Shown in pieces: positions 48,901 through 60,900 of a stretch of DNA of 64,000 bases (the first letter of the stretch is position 1; every line of letters begins with the position of its first letter). The stretch comes from Mytilus edulis. Its lineage: Eukaryota. The notes under the pieces were generated by a model. That model saw only the letters and a list, made by a program, of their open reading frames with translations, did no database searches and was not told the DNA's origin. A program made the position numbers and the translations under genes. The stretch spans positions 20,708,001-20,772,000 of the forward strand of contig NC_092352.1 of the NCBI RefSeq assembly GCF_963676685.1, written 5' to 3'.

Positions 48901-51900
48901 GCGATTGCAAAGTTGGTGATATTTCTTGTCTATGTGTGGCTTTAAAGACATACGTCTTTTAATTGATAGTTCAAAGTGAGTATTGCTCAAGATTGCCAAA
49001 GCTTTAGAAATATTTTCCCTCATAAGTTTTACATCTGGAGTTTTGGATTTCAAAATTTCAGCCACTCTTATCAATGGTACCATACCACAACCCAGCGATT
49101 TTTGTATAGTTTGTAGATTCAAATCTGCAGTTTTAGCTTTTCTTTCAAGAAATTGCCATATCTCAGCATTAACTGGGGGTGCTACAAGACTTTTGCAATT
49201 TACCGGTATCTTCATTTCTCTCGTCATTACTGACACATCTGATTTCTTCTTACAAATATTGTCAAAAACTTTTGCTAATGATGCGCTTACCTCTTCATCA
49301 TATTTTTCATCATCTTCAAATATTTTAGGTAATTCATAGTCAAATTCGTCATCAGATGCTATAACCTGAGGTTCATTCTCTTCGTCAGAAAAGATATTGT
49401 AGTGAGTGTCAATCACCTGCTCATCAGACTCATTCTCAGAAAATTCCATGTTATTGTCAATATTTTTACTGGACATTTCATTATTGTGACTCAAAGTGGA
49501 TACTAGAGTATCCGACAAACCTTTAAATAAAGTTTTAAGCAACTCTGACTGGTCAACCTGATTCTTTGCAGCAGTTTTCTTTACTGTGCCTGTGCCAGGT
49601 TTCGTAGCCTTCGTACCTTTACCACGTTTTTTGACCGGACTTACTGTTATTCCGCTCCCTGATGGCAACTCATTGTCCATCTCAGTCACCTGCCTTTTAG
49701 GTGTCTTTTGCTTACTGGCTAAAGCCTTGCCTTTTGTAGAGCTCGTACTCTTCTTACCTTTTTCAGTCTGTTGTTGTTTTTGTTTTTGTGTGACTGCCAT
49801 TCGGATGTCCTCGGCAATTAATATTTGTGCTTCCGGGTTATCGAACTCCGGGTCATTAATGTTCTCAACTTGAGAAAAACCAGAAAACGAAGCATCAACT
49901 TCTTCGTCTGACGCAAATAGTTTTAATATTTCATCGTCATTGTCACTTTCACTGTCGCTTAAACGCGATGTACAGCGCGACATAACTTCTGTATATAAAC
50001 AGCTGACAGATTCTGCCAAGTTTTGAAATTTATTTTCAATGTTTCCGATTCGGATAAATTATTTTACAACAGAGTCTGTTGCAAAACTTTTATTTCGTGT
50101 ACTAAATCGAGTCGACTTAACCACGTGCGGCCTTTTAAAATAAAGAGGCTGGTCACTACTCTGCACGGGCTTATATAGTAGTGGTCAGACAAAAAATCAC
50201 TCAGCTGTGAAAAAAGGCGTGCGGCCTTGACATAAAGTAAAGGTTCACTTATTAACCTGAGCAAGCCCAGGATTATGATATATAATGAGTTAAAAATTAA
50301 AAGTTGATTTCTGATCAAATATTCAATAAATATTTTTGTGCGTTTGATAAATAAAAATTTGAATATTATTATTTTTAAATTAAGGTCTTCATAAACATAG
50401 TCTATAAATTAACAACAAAAAAACATGCAAATTCATTGGAAAATACTAAAAAATGTGTCTAAAATAAACTTTTTATTATTAAATCAGATTTTATATTGAA
50501 CAGATTGAAAATATATTAATGATATATTGAATAAATACAATATTGCATACTGTATGCAATATTGTATTTATTCAATATATCATTAATATATATGTGAGTT
50601 TATAGAAGTATTTCAATAAAAAAACAGATAATTTTTTGGTCAGGTAAATTAATCAATGAGTGATATATTTCTCCTAGAAGAAATTTAAAGGTCCTGGTGA
50701 ATGAACTATACAGAGAACAATTTACCTGTTGTATTTGTTAGATGGGACAATAGAACTTACAAAAGTTTAAATCGACAGGTAACTTGCAGATGAATCTATG
50801 GAAAACTATCATAGGGTTCGCAATAATATGTTTATTTTGTTAAGGAGAAAATAAATGACAATATCTATTATAGTGCATACTTTATTTCTTAAGCTGTTGA
50901 GTATACAAATATGGTAGGAATGCAAATGTAAAAAAGAATTACGAATTATATTAAAATTGTTTTTATATGTCTTTTCAGACTTTTGAAGGACATGACAGTT
51001 CTGTTTTAAGAGTGGTCTTTTTAACTAGAGGCATGCAGTTATTATCATGGTTTGTATACATGTTTTCTTACATTACATTGTGGAACATGTGTTGCACATA
51101 TAGACATGTATAGATATAAGAAGATGTGGTATGGGTGCCAATGAGTCAACTCTCCATCCAAGTCACAATTTTTTTAAAAGTAAACCTTTATGTAGGTCAA
51201 AGTATGGTCTTAAACATAGAGCCTTGGCTCACACCGAACAGCAAGCTATAAAGGGCCCCAAAAATGACTAAATTTTTTGATTTACACTCATATATGTCTA
51301 ATATCAGTTGCTTTACTTCTGAAGATATTTATTATATAACTTAGCAAATGACAAAATATTTTAAAAGTACACTCATATATAATGTCTATATTTTAATGGT
51401 TTTTTAGTGGGTTCAGATGGATTATTAAAAATCTGGACAATAAAAACAAATGAATGTGTAAAGACATTTGATGAGCATGATGATAAAGTTTGGGGGCTTG
51501 CTGTCAGTTCTGATGAAAACCGTGTTATCACTGGTGGTGCAGACTCAACCATTCTGGAATGGCAAGTAAGTCAAGAATAGTGCAATACTAAGGACCAGAT
51601 ACAGTCATACCTCCAGTGGTGATTAGTTTTTTGTTTGTTGAACTATTATTTAGGAATATCAATGATGGGTAATCTTCTTTTCTTCTCACAAGCTTATTTT
51701 ATTGCTCAAATATCTTTTAGGTAATAAATAGACATTTTTGAAGAACCTTGTAAAACATGCTTGCCTTCTGTTTGACCTTGTTTTGCACATGGTTTGATCA
51801 TATCGAAAATTCTATTTGCCAACTATACCTTTATTTTTAAAGTGATAAACACATGGCTTCCTATTTCTTCTGCAAAGATAAATATTGTTTAATTTTTCTC

Positions 51901-54900
51901 CCATGTATTGTTTATAGTAGCTAATATAGACTGTGCAAGTATGTTTAAAATCTTGAACTATTACAGGATATAACACAGGAAGTAGAAGACACCACAAGGA
52001 AAGAACAAGAACAGTTTATTATCAGGTAATATAAATATACATGTTTTAAAAGCATCTTAAATTAGGTTTATATATTTGATACAAGATTGAACATAAAGAA
52101 AATTCTGCATGATAGATATTGTTTTACAATGAGAATTGTTAATACTGTAGAATGTAGATAACTTATTATTCATGGGGTATTAACTTTTGTGGATTTGTTG
52201 GTATAGGTGAATCATGAATTTAAATGTTCGATTAAGAAATGAAGTCTTAACTTGAAAAATTGTGTTGTCTCTTGCTTTTTTCAAGTGAATGTCAGATATG
52301 ATATTTCCCCCCTTTTTTCCAGAGAACAGGAATTGTCAAACTTGATTCAGCAGAAGAAATACCACAAAGCAATTGCATTGGCAATTAAGTTAGAACAACC
52401 CTTTAGAGTGCTGACCATTTTAAAAGGTTTGTCTAATTAGAATGTCAGAAAATAACAAATAAAATAATAGCCATGTAAGACTTTGATGAAAGCTTCAACT
52501 TCCACAGATTTTTCGACCTATGATAGTAGAGGGGCATTATGTTTTCTGGTCTGTACGTCCGTTCGTCCGTTAGTCCGGATTCAGGTTAAACATTTTGGTC
52601 AAGGTAGTTTATGATGAAGTTGAAGTCCAATCAACTTTAAACTTAGTAAACATGTTCCCCATGATATGATCTTTCTAATTTTAGTGCCAAATTAAAGTTT
52701 TGACCCCAATTTCACGGTCTACTGTACATAGAAAATGATAGTGTGAAGTTCAGGTTAAAGTTTTTGGTCAAGGTAATTTTTGATGTAGTTGAAGTGCAAT
52801 AAACTTGAAACTAAGTACACATGTTCCCTATGATATGATCTTTCTAATTTAAATTCCAAATTAAAATTTTGACCCCAATTTCACGGTCCACTGAACATGG
52901 AAAATGATACTGCGAGTGGGGCATCCGTGTACTATGGACACATTCTTGGTTTTTATACGACGCAAAATTTGAAATTTTTTTCGTCGTATATTGCTATCAC
53001 GTTGGCGTCGTCGTCTGCGTCGTCGTCGTCGTCGTCGTCGTCGTCCAAATACTTTTAGTTTTCGCACTCTAACTTTAGTAAAAGTGAATAGAAATCTATG
53101 AAATTTTAACACAAGGTTTATGACCACAAAAGGAAGGTTGGGATTGATTTTGGGAGTTTTACCCAACATTTTAGGAATTAGGGGCCAAAAAGGGCCCAAA
53201 TAAGCATTTTCTTGGTTTTCGCACTATAACTTTAGTTTAAGTTAATAGAAATCTATGAAATTTTGACATAAGGTTTATGACCACAAAAGAAAGGTTAGGA
53301 TTGATTTTGGGAGTTTTGGTTCCAACAGTTTAAGAATTAGGGGCCAAAAAAGGGCCCAAATAAGCATTATTCTTGGTTTTCGCACAATAACTTTAGTTTA
53401 AGTAAATAGAAGTCAATGAAATTTAAACACAATGTTTATGACCACAAAAGGAAGGTTGGTATTGATTTTGGGAGTTTAGGTCCCAACAGTTTAGGAATTA
53501 GGGGCCAAAAAGGGACCCAAATAAGCATTTTTCTTGGTTTTCGCACCATAACTTTAGTATAAGTAAATAGAAATCTATGAAATTTAAACACAAGGTTTAT
53601 GACCATAAAAGGAAGGTTGGTATTGATTTTGGGAGTTTTTGTCCCAACAGTTTAGGAATAAAGGGCCCAAAGGGTCCAGATTTAAACTTTGTTTGATTTT
53701 ATCAAAAATTGAATAATTGGGGTTCTTTGATATGCCGAATCTAACTGTGTATGTAGATTCTTAATTTTTGGTCCCGTTTTCAAATTGGTCTACATTAAGG
53801 TCCAAAGGGTCCAAAAATTAAACTTAGTTTGATTTTAACAAAAATTGAATCCTTGGGGTTCTTTGATATGCTGAATCTAAAAATGTACTTAGATTTTTTA
53901 TTATTGGCCCAGTTTTCAAGTTGGTCCAAATCGGGGTCCAAAATTAAAATTTGTTTGATTTCATCAAAAATTGAATAATTGGGGTTCTTTAAGCCAAATC
54001 TAACTGTGTATGTAGATTCTTAATTTTTGGTCCCGTTTTAAAATTGGTTTACATTAACGTCCAAAGGGTCCAAAATTAAACTAAGTTTGATTTTAACAAA
54101 AATTGAATTCTTGGGCCTCTTTGATATGCTGAATCTAAACATGTACTTAGATTTTTGATTATGGGCCCAGTTTTCAAGTTGGTCCAAATCAGGATCCAAA
54201 ATTATTATATTAAGTATTGTGCAATAGCAAGAAATTTTCAATTGCACAGTATTCAGCAATAGCAAGAAATCTTCAATTGCACAGTATTGTGCAATAGCAA
54301 GAAATCTTCAATTGCACAGTATTGTGCAATAGCAAATATTTTCAATTGTACAGTATTGCACAATAGCAAGAAATATCTAATTGCACAATATTGTGCAATA
54401 GCAAGAAATTCCAATTGGATTTCAATTGGAGTTATCTTTCTTTGTCCAGAATAGTAGTTGAATCAACTTAAATCATTGTTTTATACAATATACAATGTAT
54501 ATTCACTTTTACTACCAACTGATAGATTAAAACAATCTTTACCATTCAGTGATAACAAGCACTTTTTTTACATTTTAATATTTTATGATGTATTTAAATG
54601 AGTAGTTATTGTTGCAAACTTCATTAGAAATTTGAATTGAGATCAGTTTTGAAATAAGGGAAAGGGGGATGTGAAAAAAAAATTGGAGGGTCAATTTTTT
54701 TCATTTCAGATTTCATAAATAAAAAGAAAATTTCTTCAAACATTTTTTTGAGAGGATTAATATTCAACAGCATAGTGAATTGCTCAAAGGCAAACATTTT
54801 TTTTTAAGTTCATTAGACCACGTTCATTCTGTGTCAGAAACCTATGCTGTGTCAACTATTTAATCACAATCCAAATTTAGAGCTGAATCCAGCTTGAATG

Positions 54901-57900
54901 TTGAGTCCATACTTGCCCCAACTGTTCAGGGTTCAACCTCTGCGGTCGTATAAAGCTGCGCCCTGCGGAGCATCTGGTTTTTATCTACAATGAGTTTATC
55001 TTCAGTGTGCATAAAACATTCAGACGGCTTTAGGTATTATCTAATTGTGTAGCATTATGAATTTTTTAAAAGAAAAGAAAAAAAGAGTCTACATAATTTG
55101 GGCTGAAAGCAATAATTATATATAACACTGAAATTTCAAATGGGATCATTTTAACTTCAGAAGAAATGATGCTGGATAAAGATTTGTAATCAATGTGCTT
55201 TGGGTGAACATTGATAAAGAGATCAAAATAATTGAACATTCAAAAAGTCAGATAATAAAATCAACGGTACCAATTTTGTTGCACCAGATGCGCATTTCGA
55301 CAATATATGTCTCTTCAGTGATGCTCGTGGCCAAAATATTTGAAATCCAAAGCTTATATAAAAGATGAAGAGCTATAATCCAAAATGACTTCAAATAATT
55401 GTAAAATTAAATGAGGCTTAGTTATAAGACGATATTTGATTAAAATTTTTATAAACCAATAGTTATGCTAAGAGTTAACATGAGAAGCGCATGCGCAGAT
55501 AGAGGTCACTATTCAGAGATATTCATGTATAATTGAATAAATTTCTGGGTAGGTAATGATGAAAAAAGGGTGGGCATGTTAACTCTTAGCATAACTATTG
55601 GTTTATAAAAATTTTAATCAAATATCGTCTTATAACTAAGCCTCATTTAATTTTACAATTTTTATAAACCAATATTATGCAAGAGTTCCCATGAGATTTG
55701 AGAGCCAATTTACTTGAATACGTGTAATTTATCCCTGTTGTGTAGGATTACAATAATGTATTGGATTCCCAAATTACTATAAATTAATATAGCAATCAGC
55801 TCACAATTAGTTATATATATCTATAACTGTTTCAACGACATACGGAATACCAATATATCTGTAGGCAACAAAGCCATTTCATAATATGGATTTTGGTAAT
55901 GATAAAGACATTTTCAAATAATATTGTATTAACTTATATACATCATGAACATTGGTACATTATAAGCAAAAACAAAACTATTTTCCACGAAGTACTCGTA
56001 CACTATAGTTATCATTGACCTCTTGAACAGTAACTGGTCTATTGTAAAATTGCCTAAAAGTAGACTCATTTGTCCATCCTGCTGATTTTAAAATAGAATT
56101 TACTGACACCCCAGCTCTAAGTGCTGCTGATGTACTAGCTCCCCTAGTACTGTGTGTTTTAAAAACAGAAGTATTTACACCTGCAAGCTTTAAAACCAAT
56201 TTAAACCAATTACTAATTGTTGACTTTGTTGGGTGATGGTATGGTTTTACAAATGTAACAAAAAGTTTTTGAGATGTACGTATTGCAGATGTTCTTTCGA
56301 TATAGGCGTTTAAAACTGTTACAATACACAGTCTTGTGTCATCAACAAATGCTGGCAAACATATTGGTGATAAATGTTTTCCTGGTTTTGAGGTTTTCAA
56401 AACCTCATTAATTTCAATTACAACATTGTCTTTTGTAATTTTCATAAAATCTAAATCTACACAATGTAACGTCTGTATTCTCTGTCCAGTAACTAGTGCT
56501 AATAACATGACTAATTTCAAAGTTAAACATCTCAGTGACAAAAGCTTTACAGGCGATAAAGTAATCAAAAATTCTAATACAACATTAACATCCCATGTTT
56601 GCTGATATCTAGGGAACATTGGTCGTTTATTATAAACTCCTCTGAGGAACCTTTTAACTAAAGGCCACTGACCAATCGGCAGTGTTTTTCCCAATGTCAA
56701 ATATGACGATAATGCAGATCGTGCTGTGTTAATAGAACTATATCCTACACCGGACTCGTATAAAACTGTCAAAAATTCCACTACATCCACCTCAGTTCGC
56801 GTAAAAATATCAATCTTTCGTTGACAACAAAATGTACACCATTTTTTGAGATATGTCCAATACTGTTTTTGTGTACTTTGTCTCCAGGATGAGATGACAA
56901 TTTCTGCAGCCTTTTTTGATAGTCCTGTATTTTGAACAATTTGCCCGACAATCTGAAGACACCCAAAATCAGTTTTTTCAACGGATGTTTCTTTTGAGGA
57001 TCTGTTGGCAGTATCAACAACTGTTGTCCTTTTTCCCTGGGTATTATGTAAGAATCCTGAACAATATGATGCAGTATTTGAGGGAACCAATGTTGAGTGC
57101 TCCACAAAGGTGCTATTAAGGTTATTTCTGCTTCCTCCAAAATCAGTTTTTGGATAACTTTTCCTACCATGCTAAAAGGAGGAAAAACAAATGAGTTAAA
57201 GTTAGTCCATCTTATAGAAAAAGCATCTACTGCTTCAGCATTAGGATCAGGTAAGTATGAAATATACCTCGATAACTGATGATTTATCCTTGAAGCAAAT
57301 AAATCAATATCATGCGGACCATATATTGAATTAATACACATAAAAACATTAGTGTTAAGTTTCCATTCTAGATCTGTATTATTAGAACGTGACAATTTGT
57401 CGGCTTCAACATTTGTTTTTCCCGGTAAATGACAAGCACTTAACCAAATGTTTCTGTGTATACACCATTGCCATATTTCCATTGTTAAGGTATTAAGAGA
57501 TTGAATTCTACCTCCCATTTTGTCTATATAGGTCACAGCTACCATATTATCCATGTATATTCGAACATGTTTATCAGATTTTGTTGAACAAAAACATTTA
57601 AATGCTAAAAACGCTGCTTTCAGTTCTAAATAATTTATGTGTAATTTCTGCTCTTCATAAGACCAAAAACCCTTGGTTTGAAGTTGTGTATTGTCGACAA
57701 CACCACCCCAACCAGTTTTTGAACTGTCTGTTTTTAAAATGATCTCAGGATCTTTTCGTACTAATGGTTTAAAACTAGACTCAACATGAGAAATCCACCA
57801 ATTTAACACATCTACTGATTCATTTGAAATGATGATTTTAGTGTCAAAATCGCCATTGTTTTGTTTTAAAAACTTGTCTTTTTCTATTTCTAAAGATTTT

Positions 57901-60900
57901 ATATATATAAGTGCATGTTCAACTCCTGGTTCGGCAGCAATCAATTTGCCTATAATCTGTGCAAATTGCCTGATTGACATTTGTCTGTTTTTAACATATT
58001 TACAGCATGTAAGTTTTATTGCTTGTGCTTTTTCAGTTGTAAGTTTAATTGTCATTGTTATTGAATTCACAACAAATCCTAAAAATGTAATTGTTTGTGT
58101 CGGTTCAAATACAGATTTGACAGGATGAATAGTAAAGCCTAATTTATCCAATAAGGTGACTGTATCAGAAATATTAATTGCACATTGCGAATAACTATCA
58201 CTGATCAAAAGACTATCATCAATGTAAGCTACATTTTTGTGTCCAATTTTTCTTAAATGTGAAAATGGCACTTTCAAAACTTTTGTAAATATCCTTGGCG
58301 CAGTTGTCAGCCCATTAGGCAAACATGTATATTCATACAACTGTTCATTCCAATAGAACCGTAAATATTTTCGGTCTTTGTGGTCAATAGAAATAGAATA
58401 ATATGCGTCTTTCAAATCAATAGAAGCAAACCAGCAGTTTTGTGACACACATTGTATTGCTGACTTTAATGTTTCCATTTTAAAATGGTGTTTTTCAATA
58501 TCATTGTTGAGAACTTTTAAATTTAAAATTACTCTACATGTACCATCCTTCTTTGGTCTTGTAAAAATATTTGAAACATATTGATTTTTAATATACGTCA
58601 CTGGTTTTATAATTTGTTTCTGTAAAAATTTATCTATTTCTAACTGTACCATATTTGTTTCATCTTTATCAAATTGTAATAAATTTGGTTCTTTGTTTTG
58701 ATATGGAATTTGCTCAAACTCAATTTGATACCCTTTTACAACATCTAAAACCCAGTTATCTGAAGTAAGACTCATCCAATTATCTAGGAATGTTTTCACT
58801 TTCCCACCAATGAAATTGTCTGGTGTGTTTGAAAATGTAAATTGTGTATTCAATTGCTGAACTGAAGTACTCACAGGCAAACTAATTTGCTTTGGCAATT
58901 CTAAAACTTCTTGTCCTGCTCTTGGAACTTCTTTTTGAACTTTTTCTTTTTGTAAGTGGGTTTCCCTAAAAAATCTTTCTTGTTTGATGGTTTGTCAAAA
59001 TGACGTTTTGGTACATGTACATATGGCTTCTTAAAAGTTTTCTTGTCATCATGTGATTTCTTTCCAACATTAAAATTGGTTTTGCCCAGTTTCTTCCCTA
59101 CTGTATATTCAGCATCCATTTCTTTGACTTTATCTTTGATGTCATTTCCAAAGAGAAAATCAGTTACTGGAACATCATCTTTGCATAAAGCTTTATATTT
59201 TGGTTGTATTTCTGCTTGTATTAAAGCTCTTCGTCTAAAAGTAATGTCTGCATACGTGACTTGAGTCATTTGGTACGCGTCCTTACAGAGTTGTGTAGCA
59301 GAGTGTACCTCTTCTGTCGTGAGTCCATCATTGGTTTGAGATTTACCAAGAAACATGTCCATTAAATACAGCATAGGACACGCTGCTTTGCCCAATAGGT
59401 TTTGATTTTTTTGTAGTTTGACGTCGTTCATTCTATTAGATATTGACATCTGTGACCAGATACCTGAAAAGGAAATGAATTCCTGTATTTTATGTCGGCC
59501 TCAATCAAATAATTTATATTGATTTGAATTAAATTTTAAAAAATACATTTACATGTACATGTATATAAATATATATTTATTTTCAAAGAATTGAATTTTA
59601 ATTAATTTTAAAATTTAACATGTACATTTTTGTACATGTATCATATGTTTAATAGTATATTTACTTTATATACACTCACCCAAATTAATTTTTGGGACTG
59701 TCAAACTGTGTACATTTTCTGGCTTTGCATACTTTTTGGTTAGCTCATCAACTTTGTTTTGCTTGGCCTTTTTTCTCAAGCCATCATTGACAACAGATGC
59801 CAGTTCATCATTTATCTTTGGACCAGCTTTCTCTTCAGTTACCATGAAGCCCTTCATATCTTCAATGACAGACATAGTGTCATTGTTTTTATTAGAAGTA
59901 CTATTACTGTTAATGTTAGTATGTATTTCTTGTTGATCAAGTTCATTGTCAGAATTATTTGAGCTTTCTGATTCACTTTCACTTGAGACATCAGATAAAG
60001 GGCTTGCTTCCCTTTGATTTTGTTTGTTGTTTTGTGATTGGCAAAGTTCTTGAAGTTCTTTCATGTAACTTTGTGTCAAAGACTCAGATTGTACTCGTGA
60101 TCCATGTCCGTGGCCACTTTCAGTTTCATATCTTTGTTTTTTAGAACTTGATGGGCTTGCGTCATCACTGGCAGATACAGTACATGTTGTACCTCGTTTG
60201 CCACATTTGTTTTTCTTAACTGGCGTGTTAGAATCAGTTCTTTCATTGTTCAACAATGCTTGTGTTATCATTTGAGTTTGTAGCAGTAACTGATACAGAT
60301 CCGGTTGTTTGTCAACATCCGGTGTTTGGTTGATTGACACATGTGACAATGGAGCTCCGCCCCCTACGCACAAATTGTCTACATTTTCAAGTCTAGCTTC
60401 AAACACAAGTTCATTATTAGAAGCGTTATCAATATTGCAGTGTTGTTGATTAACTTCATGAAAATGAAGAAATCTACTGTCATTCGAAGAATGTCTTTCC
60501 ATTTTGGAATGTTCTTCCTTTTCATCCGCCATTACGGTCGGATATTTGGACAGTCACACTGTGGTCACAAGAACGACCTCGACCGCAGTCGTCAGTCTTA
60601 TAATGTTCAAGGACCTATAACAGCAAACGTTGCTGATATCACTGTTCATCCATTGAACATAATAATAAATCCAATTACTAAGAATAGAATCAAAACTTTC
60701 AATAATAAGTTTCTAAAATTTTCCACGTGTTAACCTCTTAAAATCTGCTAACGCAGTAACCTCTATCTGCGCATGCGCTTCTCATGGGAACTCTTAATGA
60801 CAAATCAGTTAAAACTTAAATGCTATATCACTATGCATACCGAGTAAAGTCAGTCTCAAATTAATAAAATGTTATTTGTATTTTAAAATACTTCTATGGA

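Larger units (their letters stand above)
44763..50287 (-). mobile_element. DIRS1-like tyrosine-recombinase retrotransposon A, full length
   Basis: gag, RT-RNaseH-MT and YR ORFs. ITR 44843-44956 vs 50142-50256. The internal complementary region 45050-45173 matches both termini. ATAATG core at both ends. Confidence 0.95.
44456..50823. mobile_element. TIR DNA element (~190-bp TIRs) into which DIRS-A is inserted
   Basis: 44458-44650 (GCGAACCCTATGATAGTTTTCC..) is the reverse complement of 50630-50821 with few mismatches. Confidence 0.85.
55397..60795 (-). mobile_element. DIRS1-like tyrosine-recombinase retrotransposon B
   Basis: gag (two exons), RT-RNaseH-MT and YR ORFs. 3' extension 55397-55482 is inverted at 55575-55660; ITR core 55479-55506 vs 60759-60786; ICR segment 55681-55696 matches 60780-60795. 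Confidence 0.95.

Noticed and set aside
52861-53199. ORF with a poly-Arg run
   Set aside because: Translation of the (CGT)n microsatellite of a HINE.
58901-60532. DIRS-B gag as a broken pseudogene or two genes
   Set aside because: Canonical splice sites join the two parts in frame and restore a conserved motif.
46930-60733. Plus-strand ORFs antisense to the DIRS genes
   Set aside because: Short, no motifs, and expected opposite long coding frames.
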